Source: an uncultured virus (IMG/VR IMGVR_UViG_3300034062_000507) (lineage: Duplodnaviria; Heunggongvirae; Uroviricota; Caudoviricetes). Taken from it: a stretch of DNA of 64,000 bases. The notes under the pieces are model-generated. The model searched no databases. It was not told where the DNA came from and saw only the letters and a program-made list of their open reading frames with translations. Shown piece by piece: positions 16,034 through 24,064 of this stretch. The DNA lies in the IMG/VR virus record IMGVR_UViG_3300034062_000507; one strand, 5' to 3'. Position numbers and translations under genes: made by a program. Numbering within the stretch: position 1 is the first letter of the stretch; every line of letters begins with the position of its first letter.

Positions 16034-16948
16034 ATGGAATTACAGAAACCGAATCACCTCATCAGCCTTGCTTCATCAGCAGTCCTCGTGAGCGTGGATG
16101 TCAACGTATGGTCAGCGACCAAGCAAGACCGTGTCATTAGCAATGAGGTTACTGCATCAAAGAATGCAGACAAGAGCGCAGGGCGCTATGTGAAGAACCT
16201 CTTGGCAGACCATCCTCGCCACAAGGCCATCGTCAACTATCGCCAGACAATCTACAACTGGGTCAAGCGGCGCACCTATCGCTGGAACAACTCACAGGAC
16301 TTGTTGCCTAGCGTGGATATGCCCAAGTTCAAGCAGGAGTACCACGAACATCAGGCGTCATTCAACAAACTCTTGACTGAGTTCATTGCTACTTACGACG
16401 GCATTGTGTCGGATATGGCGTTCAAGCAAGGCGATATGTTCGACCGTTCGGACTACCCCGCTAAAGAGCAACTGGTGTCAAAGTTCGGCGTTCAGCTTTT
16501 CGTGTCAGAAGTCCCAATGTCGGATTTCCGATGCGGCATTGCGTCTGACATCGCAGAGGATTTGTTTGCTACCTACAGCCAACAGGCTCAGGAGATAGTG
16601 TCCCACGTCATGGTGGAACAGCAATCAAGGTTCATCGAAGTTATGAAGTCCATCAGCCACTGCTGTGGCGTGGACGAGATTGGCGTCAACGACAACACTG
16701 GAGAGACCAAGACCAAGAAGCGCAAAATCTACGACACAACCATCCAGAAAGCCAAAGAGATGTGCGACACATTCAAAGGCTTCAACCTTAGTGGTGATCC
16801 AGAGCTGGAACAGGCTCGGGCATCACTGGAGAAAGCATTGAATGGCGTAACCGCAGAGGACATCCGTGAGTCCGATGCTGTGCGTCATGCAGTGAAGGAG
16901 GATATTGACGATATCCTCGGCAAGTTCAGCGCATTCAAGTGCGTCTAA
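16034..16948 (+). CDS. Helical protein accompanying the AAA/VWA module (DUF3150-like)
   Basis: 304 aa; SSAVLVSV...WSATK.D...GDMFDRSDYP pattern; family recalled, not searched. Confidence 0.6.
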   Translation: MELQKPNHLISLASSAVLVSVDVNVWSATKQDRVISNEVTASKNADKSAGRYVKNLLADHPRHKAIVNYRQTIYNWVKRRTYRWNNSQDLLPSVDMPKFKQEYHEHQASFNKLLTEFIATYDGIVSDMAFKQGDMFDRSDYPAKEQLVSKFGVQLFVSEVPMSDFRCGIASDIAEDLFATYSQQAQEIVSHVMVEQQSRFIEVMKSISHCCGVDEIGVNDNTGETKTKKRKIYDTTIQKAKEMCDTFKGFNLSGDPELEQARASLEKALNGVTAEDIRESDAVRHAVKEDIDDILGKFSAFKCV

Positions 16949-16994
16949 AGCTAAAAAAGTCTAAGTTCAACCTCAGTAAAGAAAGCATTTAATC

Positions 16995-18110
16995 ATGTCT
17001 AAAGTTCAAACAGTCGAAACAGTCTCTATCAAAGAACTCCGCAACATCATCCCACTCATCGGTGGGGAACTAACTCCGATCATTCAGTCCGAACCTGGCT
17101 GTGGCAAGACCTCGCTGTTGTCTATGATTGCAATGGACAACGGTGACGCATGGCGCAGTCCTGCCGATGGCACAAGCATCGAAGGCGATAAGTACGACTA
17201 CATCTACGTTGACTGCCCCGTTAAGGATATGTCGGACATCGGTATGACTATTCCCAACCACGCCACTCAGCAGTTGGAATACTATGTCTCATCGCTGTTC
17301 AACCTGAACGACTCCAAGCCTAAGGTCATCTTGCTCGACGAGTTCATGAAGTCCCCCAAGCTGTTGCAGACTATCTTCACCCGCTTGATGCTTGAGCGTA
17401 TGGTAGGTGATCGTCCACTGACACGTGGGTCGGTAGTTTTCGGTACATCCAACAATGCAGGTGACGGTGTCGGTGACTCGATGCTTGCTCACGCAGGTAA
17501 CCGTGTGTGCATCATGCGCATGGCAAAGCCCGATGTGAACGAGTGGTTGCAGTGGTCATCAGAGAATGGTATCTCCCGTGTCATTCGTGCGGCTGTTGCC
17601 ATGTTCCCACGTTGCTTGGCGTCATACACCACAGGCGACCAGAACGACAACCCGTACATCTTCAAACCATCTATGAGTTCCTTATCGTTCGTGTCCCCTC
17701 GCTCATTGGCGAAGGCCGATGTCATCGTGCGCAATCGTGATGCCATCGGTGAGAACGGTACGAAGGTGGCGTTGGCGGGTACGGTCGGCGCATCCTTTGC
17801 GGCGGACATGGCGGCGTTCATCTCGCTTGAGAAATCATTGATCGATGTGAAGGACATCATCAAATCGCCGGAGGGTGTTGATATGCCCCGTGACATCAGC
17901 GCCCAGTTGATGATCATGTTTCAGGCAGTAGATGTATTGGAGACGCAAGATCAACTGACCAAGTTCATGGCGTTCGTTGAGCGTATCCCATCGTCCGAGG
18001 TGCAAGGCGTGTTCTTCACCATGATGATGCGTAACACCAAGTCCATCCGCTTGGCGCGTAACAACACCAAGATTGCTGAGTGGGCCAAGAACAACCACGA
18101 GTTGTTCTAA
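16995..18110 (+). CDS. MoxR-like AAA+ ATPase
   Basis: Walker A EPGCGKT, Walker B ILLDE, sensor TSN, arginine finger GNR, SPRS motif. Confidence 0.85.
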   Translation: MSKVQTVETVSIKELRNIIPLIGGELTPIIQSEPGCGKTSLLSMIAMDNGDAWRSPADGTSIEGDKYDYIYVDCPVKDMSDIGMTIPNHATQQLEYYVSSLFNLNDSKPKVILLDEFMKSPKLLQTIFTRLMLERMVGDRPLTRGSVVFGTSNNAGDGVGDSMLAHAGNRVCIMRMAKPDVNEWLQWSSENGISRVIRAAVAMFPRCLASYTTGDQNDNPYIFKPSMSSLSFVSPRSLAKADVIVRNRDAIGENGTKVALAGTVGASFAADMAAFISLEKSLIDVKDIIKSPEGVDMPRDISAQLMIMFQAVDVLETQDQLTKFMAFVERIPSSEVQGVFFTMMMRNTKSIRLARNNTKIAEWAKNNHELF

Positions 18111-18157
18111 AACTATGCCCCACGACACCGTGGGTTTCTATTTACATGGAGATTGAT

Positions 18158-18343
18158 ATGACATTCAGTATTGCTGAGATGTTTCTATTGGTGTGGGCGA
18201 TTCTTGCAACCGTTGCTTACGGCAACGTGAGCAGTAGGTATCGTATGCATCGCGCTATCACTAGCGAGTTGCTGGTCAAGATTGCCGAGGGCAAGATCAA
18301 AGTGACTACGTCCGGTGACAGCATTGACTTTGTGGAGGTGTGA
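18158..18343 (+). CDS. Small single-pass membrane protein
   Basis: 61 aa with hydrophobic N-terminal helix; GGAG RBS. Confidence 0.6.
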   Translation: MTFSIAEMFLLVWAILATVAYGNVSSRYRMHRAITSELLVKIAEGKIKVTTSGDSIDFVEV

Positions 18344-18432
18344 TGCATACCGCATACGAGAAGCTGGAGAGAGTGTTGTTCCTGTTGGGAATAATCGTTG
18401 TTCTGTTAGATGTTTATTACTGGAGACCATGA
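18343..18432 (+). CDS. 29-aa membrane microprotein (not in ORF track)
   Basis: MHTAYEKLERVLFLLGIIVVLLDVYYWRP; GGAGG RBS; overlaps both neighbours (TGATG, ATGA). Confidence 0.65.
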   Translation: MHTAYEKLERVLFLLGIIVVLLDVYYWRP

Positions 18433-19712
18433 TGAGCAAGCAAGAAACCCGAATCAAGCGTGGACACATCGCGCTTATGAAGCACCCACAGACAGCCCTG
18501 TACTCAGGCGTGATGCTGATGGGAACCTCTGCTGTTGAGGACGATGTACCGACTGCCTACACCGATGGTGTGAACAAGAAGTATGGCCGCAAGTTCTTGG
18601 AGAGTATCGTCAGCGAACCCAAGGTGCGTGGTCTCATCCTCCATGAGAATCTTCACGTTGCCTTGAAGCAAGTCGTGTTTGGCCGAGCCATGTTTGAAGA
18701 GAACCGCAAGCTGGCCAACCTAGCGGCAGACTTTGTCGTCAATGACATCATCACCTGTATTGATGGGACAGTAGCGGGTACGAGTGAGCGTCTGGTCGAG
18801 TTGCCTGACGGTGCGGTGTATGACGCAATGTTCCACGACTGGTCGATGCGTGAGGTATACAACTACCTCAAGAAGAACTGCAAGAACGGTAGCAAGTCAG
18901 GTAAGGGTAAGGGTCAGGGCGGTCAAGGTAGCAACCCACCATCGGGTGGGAACCAACCTAACGATGATGACGAAGACGGTGATACGGTCACAGTCAACGG
19001 TAAGACCTATGACATTTCTCAGTCAGACGAACACGACTTTGTCGGAGAGGCGACAGCAGAGCAAGCCAAGGAAATCTTAGATCAGATCGACAGGGCGTTG
19101 CGTGAAGGCGGGATGCTTGCGGGTCGTATGGGCGCAAAGATTCCTAGAGTTATCTCTGACTTGTTGGAACCCAAGATCGACTGGCGTGAAGCGTTGCGTG
19201 AGTTCGTGTCGGCAACAACCAAAGGCAACGATGAGTTCACATGGCGGCGCATGAACAAGCGTCACATGGCCAATGACATCTACTTGCCAAGCGTGGAGAA
19301 CGAGAGCATCGGCGAGGTTGTTGTGGCTATCGACACCTCAGGCTCGATTGGCGGGGAACAGATAACCGAGTTCGCTACCGAACTGGTATCAATTTGCGAC
19401 CTCTGTCAGCCCGAAGTCGTGCGTGTTCTTTGGTGGGATACCGAAGTGCATGGTGAACAAGTATTTAAGGGCAACTACACCGACATTGCGAAGTTGCTCA
19501 AACCTATGGGCGGCGGGGGAACTCATGTCTCATGTGTCAGTGAGTACGTAAACAAGAACAAGGTCAAGGCCGAGTGTGTCTTGGTGTTCACTGACGGATA
19601 TGTAGAGCATGACATCAAGTGGAACATTACTAGCCCAACCCTGTGGATGGTTACTCAGCGCAAGGACTTTGTACCGCCTGTGGGCAAGAAGGTGATGTTT
19701 GGGGATGACTGA
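18429..19712 (+). CDS. Metallopeptidase-like plus VWA domain protein (DUF2201-like)
   Basis: TAYTDG, HENLH zincin motif, Gly-rich linker, MIDAS-like AIDTSGS, GGGGT and FTDGY. Confidence 0.85.
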   Translation: MMSKQETRIKRGHIALMKHPQTALYSGVMLMGTSAVEDDVPTAYTDGVNKKYGRKFLESIVSEPKVRGLILHENLHVALKQVVFGRAMFEENRKLANLAADFVVNDIITCIDGTVAGTSERLVELPDGAVYDAMFHDWSMREVYNYLKKNCKNGSKSGKGKGQGGQGSNPPSGGNQPNDDDEDGDTVTVNGKTYDISQSDEHDFVGEATAEQAKEILDQIDRALREGGMLAGRMGAKIPRVISDLLEPKIDWREALREFVSATTKGNDEFTWRRMNKRHMANDIYLPSVENESIGEVVVAIDTSGSIGGEQITEFATELVSICDLCQPEVVRVLWWDTEVHGEQVFKGNYTDIAKLLKPMGGGGTHVSCVSEYVNKNKVKAECVLVFTDGYVEHDIKWNITSPTLWMVTQRKDFVPPVGKKVMFGDD

Positions 19713-19714
19713 CC

Positions 19715-19912
19715 ATGAAGTACCGCATGGCTGATGAGATTGCTTATGTTCTCATGGGACAGCAACCTGAATATGCGCATATGTATGCGCTGGAACAAAT
19801 CGCCAACGGTCGGAACCCTGACCTGTGGCGAAGTGTATTAATTGAATTAGACAAACTGGAGGAAAAAAATGCGCGCATTAAATTACAAGAGACTCAACAG
19901 CATTACGAATAG
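19715..19912 (+). CDS. Hypothetical protein
   Basis: 65 aa within the operon. Confidence 0.5.
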   Translation: MKYRMADEIAYVLMGQQPEYAHMYALEQIANGRNPDLWRSVLIELDKLEEKNARIKLQETQQHYE

Positions 19913-20894
19913 CGTCTCACCCTACCGTGGGTCTGTAAATAGATTCCCCATCGGTAACCGCAAGCACAACACCAAATACTTTCTTGTGCGAGAGGAGGAC
20001 GGACAGCGCGTATTCGACATCGTGTACAGGCAGACTTGGACAAGCGAGAACATATCCAAGGAAGAGTATGAAGGGCTTGAGAAGGTAGGCTTCCCTCGAC
20101 TGAACAAGTACAAGGACTTGAATGATGATTATGTGTACCGAAGGTACGAAACACTGCCCAACATCCTTGGCGTTGTGCGACCTGACAATACGTTTGAGTT
20201 CACCGGCAAGCGGTATGGGCAGGGCGAACGAGGCATCATGTCTGACTATTCTGACGGGTACTTTTGTACCGACTCACGCAGGGGTGGGATGATATGGTGG
20301 GGCCGCAAGGTGGCTGATGGTAGCCGCAAGGTCATCCCGACATACAAAGGCTTACGCATCGACTGCGAAACTATGCAACCAACCAAACCGATCACGGTCA
20401 TCGGCAAGAAGGTTGACCGCAAGGTGGGTAAGACTTTGCTTGCTGGCTACGCAGACTTCTACACCACGACTGAGGTGATGACCAAGGCGATGGACTACGA
20501 GGTGTTCGTGAAGACAATGGCTGAGGTGTTGGCAGAACACAGCTTTGATGCGGATACGCATTCTCATTGGAGAGAGTTTAAGAGCAAGGCTGAAACTTTG
20601 ATTGGCAATGCACCACTTGATGCGGCGATGCTCTATATGTATGCGTGGGACATTGGCAGTATGCGTTGGAACATTAGAAGGTTTCTTGACTCAAACATGG
20701 CGAGGTACAGCGCACATGAGGACACGCCTCATGCGATGTTCTTGAATCTCAAGCGCAAGCTGAACAAGGAGATATACAAGACACACGAGCAAGTGTTCAA
20801 GAAGGTTGAGTACAACAACTCCGAGATGTTCCCGCCTAGCGAGTGGGGCTACACAGTCATGGTTGATGGAGTGGAGGTAGAGCAGTATGACTAA
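19869..20894 (+). CDS. Hypothetical protein
   Basis: 341-aa ORF, GGAGG RBS. Confidence 0.75.
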   Translation: MRALNYKRLNSITNSVSPYRGSVNRFPIGNRKHNTKYFLVREEDGQRVFDIVYRQTWTSENISKEEYEGLEKVGFPRLNKYKDLNDDYVYRRYETLPNILGVVRPDNTFEFTGKRYGQGERGIMSDYSDGYFCTDSRRGGMIWWGRKVADGSRKVIPTYKGLRIDCETMQPTKPITVIGKKVDRKVGKTLLAGYADFYTTTEVMTKAMDYEVFVKTMAEVLAEHSFDADTHSHWREFKSKAETLIGNAPLDAAMLYMYAWDIGSMRWNIRRFLDSNMARYSAHEDTPHAMFLNLKRKLNKEIYKTHEQVFKKVEYNNSEMFPPSEWGYTVMVDGVEVEQYD

Positions 20895-21069
20895 CATCAT
20901 TGAAGTGGAAGTCAAGGACGTATACGGGGCGGTGAAGTACTACCCCATATGCGAGAAGGCGCAACTGTTTGCTGACATTGCAGGGACTAAGACTCTTACA
21001 GTAGAAGTAATCAAGAAGATCGAAGCGTTGGGCTACTCGATCAAAGCATCCCGAACTGTAACTTTTTAA
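20887..21069 (+). CDS. Small conserved phage protein
   Basis: 60 aa, VYG...YPICEKAQLFA.IAGTKTLT pattern; GGAGG RBS. Confidence 0.65.
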   Translation: MTNIIEVEVKDVYGAVKYYPICEKAQLFADIAGTKTLTVEVIKKIEALGYSIKASRTVTF

Positions 21070-21079
21070 GGAGAGAGAA

Positions 21080-22045
21080 ATGATGAGCAAATATTTTCTA
21101 GACGGGTTTGGCTCTGAGGAAGAACTCAATGAGTTGCTTGCCTCAGATACGCTCCCACTGGTGCGTGAGTTGCAATTTAAGTTTGGTCTGAAAGTCCTGT
21201 CGAAGACGATCCTTACCAGCTATCGGGAGCCTGACAAAGACAGTTACATGATGTGCCACCCCAACGGCGTGGCTGTTGGCAAGGTGTGGACGAAGAAGGA
21301 TGGCGGGGACAACAACGATCAGCTAGAGTATTGTTTCCGCACACCTTACTACCGGAAGGCCCGTGGGCAAGATAGCAACGACAAAGAGACTATCCGTAGC
21401 ATAAAACTTTCGTCACTCATGGCAACGCTAAAACGGCAGGGCGCAGTGAAGGACATGAAAGAACTTACAGATAACAAGGTCAGGCAAGCTAGGTCTGGCG
21501 TGACTTACTTGCAGTCGGCTATGGGCGAGAGCAACAAACAAAACACTCTTACAGCAACTGAGGTTCAGGTGATTCTAGCCACCTTACTAGGGGAAAGTAC
21601 TGATGGAATTCCTGTTGCGCTCGACCTAAATAAATGTAAAAATATACTTGACATGTACAAAGAAGCTGATAGGATAAGAGATGTGAAGATAGAAGAATCC
21701 ACGCGGTTCTTCAAGAATCCTTTTTATCTTGTCGGCATAGATGCCCACAAACACTTACTCATAGGCAAATTCAAGATGACCAAGATTGGTAGTAGTGCAA
21801 GCGAGTGCGAGATCGAGACCATCGAAGGCTTCAAGCGATACAAGACAGTAGAGGATTACCCTGAGTTGGTTCCCTTGATGACGATGATGAAAGTCTCATA
21901 CGAGAACAAGAGCGAGAACAAGCTAGGCCCTATGAACTTTCCGATTATGGACAAGTATGACGAGGGGCTTGACGCAGTGTTCTTCTATAACACCCAACCC
22001 TCGCAATGGGACTGCGCGTGGATGGTTACCCCATGCCCCATCTGA
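21080..22045 (+). CDS. Hypothetical protein
   Basis: 321-aa ORF, AAGGAG RBS. Confidence 0.75.
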   Translation: MMSKYFLDGFGSEEELNELLASDTLPLVRELQFKFGLKVLSKTILTSYREPDKDSYMMCHPNGVAVGKVWTKKDGGDNNDQLEYCFRTPYYRKARGQDSNDKETIRSIKLSSLMATLKRQGAVKDMKELTDNKVRQARSGVTYLQSAMGESNKQNTLTATEVQVILATLLGESTDGIPVALDLNKCKNILDMYKEADRIRDVKIEESTRFFKNPFYLVGIDAHKHLLIGKFKMTKIGSSASECEIETIEGFKRYKTVEDYPELVPLMTMMKVSYENKSENKLGPMNFPIMDKYDEGLDAVFFYNTQPSQWDCAWMVTPCPI

Positions 22046-22392
22046 TAGGGGAACTGAGTCCTGTGGTCCATCCCAAGCGGTGGGATTTGATTCGGCTGCC
22101 TGTGCGCAAGGTGAACGACAACTACATTGTGTATGTGGCTGATGGGTATCACCGCATATACACGGACGATACCTTGCCTGATGTGTTGAAGTCTAAGTTT
22201 GCAATGATTCTTGCCAATGGAGGTAGTGCGTTTGTGTCTGACTCAAAGATACTTAGATTGACACTCTACACAAACACGGATTCGCCCGAACTCGATGAGG
22301 TTGGGTGGAGAGCGAGCGACACATACTTTTGTTTGGTCGTGGACAGACTAACTTTAGAGTCACTGAAAGGTGGGAAACAAAATGACGCCTGA
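22033..22392 (+). CDS. Hypothetical protein
   Basis: 119 aa overlapping both neighbours. Confidence 0.6.
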   Translation: MPHLIGELSPVVHPKRWDLIRLPVRKVNDNYIVYVADGYHRIYTDDTLPDVLKSKFAMILANGGSAFVSDSKILRLTLYTNTDSPELDEVGWRASDTYFCLVVDRLTLESLKGGKQNDA

Positions 22393-22672
22393 GGGTGCAG
22401 TTAAGAAGAAGATCAAAGATGTTCTTTATGCAAAGGGAGCCTACTACATCATGCCCATTGGCACTGGATACGGTGCGGCGGGTGTCCCTGACCTTGTGAT
22501 TTGTTACAAGGGGAGGTTCATAGGGGTGGAAGCGAAAGCGAACGGCAACAAGCCAACTGCCCTACAAGAGAAACATATGTCAGCCATTCGTGGGCAGGGT
22601 GGGTACACCCTTGTCATTGATGAAACAAACATCGGTGACCTGACACAGCTATTGGAGAGTCTAGATGACTGA
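22382..22672 (+). CDS. VRR-NUC domain nuclease (candidate junction resolvase)
   Basis: TPEGAVK...GVPD.....GRFIGVEAK....PTALQ, a PD-(D/E)xK pattern. Confidence 0.85.
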   Translation: MTPEGAVKKKIKDVLYAKGAYYIMPIGTGYGAAGVPDLVICYKGRFIGVEAKANGNKPTALQEKHMSAIRGQGGYTLVIDETNIGDLTQLLESLDD

Positions 22673-22871
22673 TGAAGATCGTAGCAATCTGCGTGACCTA
22701 CACGCAGGCTTTGCGATGATTGGGTTGATTATGAAAGGCGAAGAGCCGCACAACATCCCAATGAAAGCGTACTTGTACGCCGATGAAATGCAGGAAGCAC
22801 GAAACCAGCATGGGGCTGGAATCGTGTCAATTAAACGCCAAACCAAGAAGGAGAAGGCACATGAGAGTTAA
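22665..22871 (+). CDS. Hypothetical protein
   Basis: 68 aa, LRDLHAGFAM...AYLYADEM pattern common in phages. Confidence 0.6.
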   Translation: MTDEDRSNLRDLHAGFAMIGLIMKGEEPHNIPMKAYLYADEMQEARNQHGAGIVSIKRQTKKEKAHES

Positions 22872-23295
22872 TAAAACTGAGTTGGTTCGCAAGATGTTGG
22901 AGCACAACCCTAAGACCAAAGCCGAAGAGGTGATGAAGAAGATTGGCGTAGCCAAGGCATACACCTATGTGCTGATGAGCAAGGCGCGCAAGATGAACAA
23001 CAAGCCCGAGAACATCTTGGCTTCTCTCCCGTCAGTCGATGAACTCAAGAAACAAATTGCGGAACGCGCATGGCAACCACCAGCAATGGTTCCCGTACCT
23101 GACCCTGTAAATCAACCCGCGCATTACAAGGTGGGCGGCATTGAGACGATTGATTTCATCGAGGCGAAGCAGTTGAACTACAACTTGGGCAACGTGGTGA
23201 AGTACATCACTAGGGCAGAGCACAAGGGCAACAAGCTGGAAGACTTGCGCAAGGCTCAGTGGTATCTCTCACGAGAGATTCTCGCCGCTAAGTAA
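22861..23295 (+). CDS. DUF3310-like protein (T7 gp1.7 nucleotide kinase family) with N-terminal helical domain
   Basis: DPVNQPAHY..GGIETIDFI....GNVVKYITRA.HKG..EDLRKAQWYL. Confidence 0.85.
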   Translation: MRVNKTELVRKMLEHNPKTKAEEVMKKIGVAKAYTYVLMSKARKMNNKPENILASLPSVDELKKQIAERAWQPPAMVPVPDPVNQPAHYKVGGIETIDFIEAKQLNYNLGNVVKYITRAEHKGNKLEDLRKAQWYLSREILAAK

Positions 23296-23302
23296 ACCCT
23301 CA

Positions 23303-23328
23303 GGGCATGGTTCGCCATGCCCTTTTTT
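23303..23328 (+). terminator. Intrinsic terminator
   Basis: GGGCATGG-TTCG-CCATGCCC-T6. Confidence 0.9.
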
Positions 23329-23408
23329 GTAATCGTACCTTTTCTTAGATAGCCTCCCATGCCTCAGTGGGATGCTATTTTGAAACCAGTTATTAAGGAG
23401 ATTAAGTC

Positions 23409-23876
23409 GTGGAAATGGGAACAGAAATTCTATTGGCTCGGATGAAAGAATATCCAGAGGAGTTCATCAATCAAGAAAATAAGGCGCTTGGGTACGATGG
23501 ACTACGTTGGGACAGAGTTCTGCGTGACGCGAGAGATCATCTGCCCAAGGAAGATATCGATGCGCTTGATGCTGGAATGAAGCAACTCTACATCGACAGA
23601 TTCAACGAGCGCGTGTTGAAGACGCTGGCGGGAGAGAGCGAACCAGAACATACGGAAGAGCCTCTGATATACAAGGCGCAAGGTAGATACGGTCAGGTCA
23701 CGGCCATACCTGACCCGCGCGCTTTGTATGGCAATCCGGGCGGCGATGCCCACGAAGAATACATAAAACAGAAGCAGTATGAGATGGAGCAACAGCGCCG
23801 AATGATGAACAGTGCCCAAAACACGGCAGGGATGGGTATATCGTCGTTTAAAAATTTCTTTAGCGGGGGTACTTGA
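23409..23876 (+). CDS. Hypothetical protein
   Basis: 155 aa, TAAGGAG RBS. Confidence 0.65.
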   Translation: MEMGTEILLARMKEYPEEFINQENKALGYDGLRWDRVLRDARDHLPKEDIDALDAGMKQLYIDRFNERVLKTLAGESEPEHTEEPLIYKAQGRYGQVTAIPDPRALYGNPGGDAHEEYIKQKQYEMEQQRRMMNSAQNTAGMGISSFKNFFSGGT

Positions 23877-24064
23877 TGCCAAGACCGAAACCCCCTGCGC
23901 CTCTTACGGCTAGGTACATAAGGCTATCCGACAAGCAGTGGCTGATACTCAACCAGCTTGGCGGTGCGGAGTGGCTACGCGCTCTCTTAGAAAAGAAAGC
24001 GCCCATGCCCAAGCAGTACTACGAAAAACTTTCAGAGAATAAAAATGTCGCTGATAACGATTGA
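23876..24064 (+). CDS. Small putative ribbon-helix-helix DNA-binding protein
   Basis: MPRPKP...RYIRLSDKQW....LGGAEWLR; strand-helix-helix pattern. Confidence 0.55.
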   Translation: MPRPKPPAPLTARYIRLSDKQWLILNQLGGAEWLRALLEKKAPMPKQYYEKLSENKNVADND

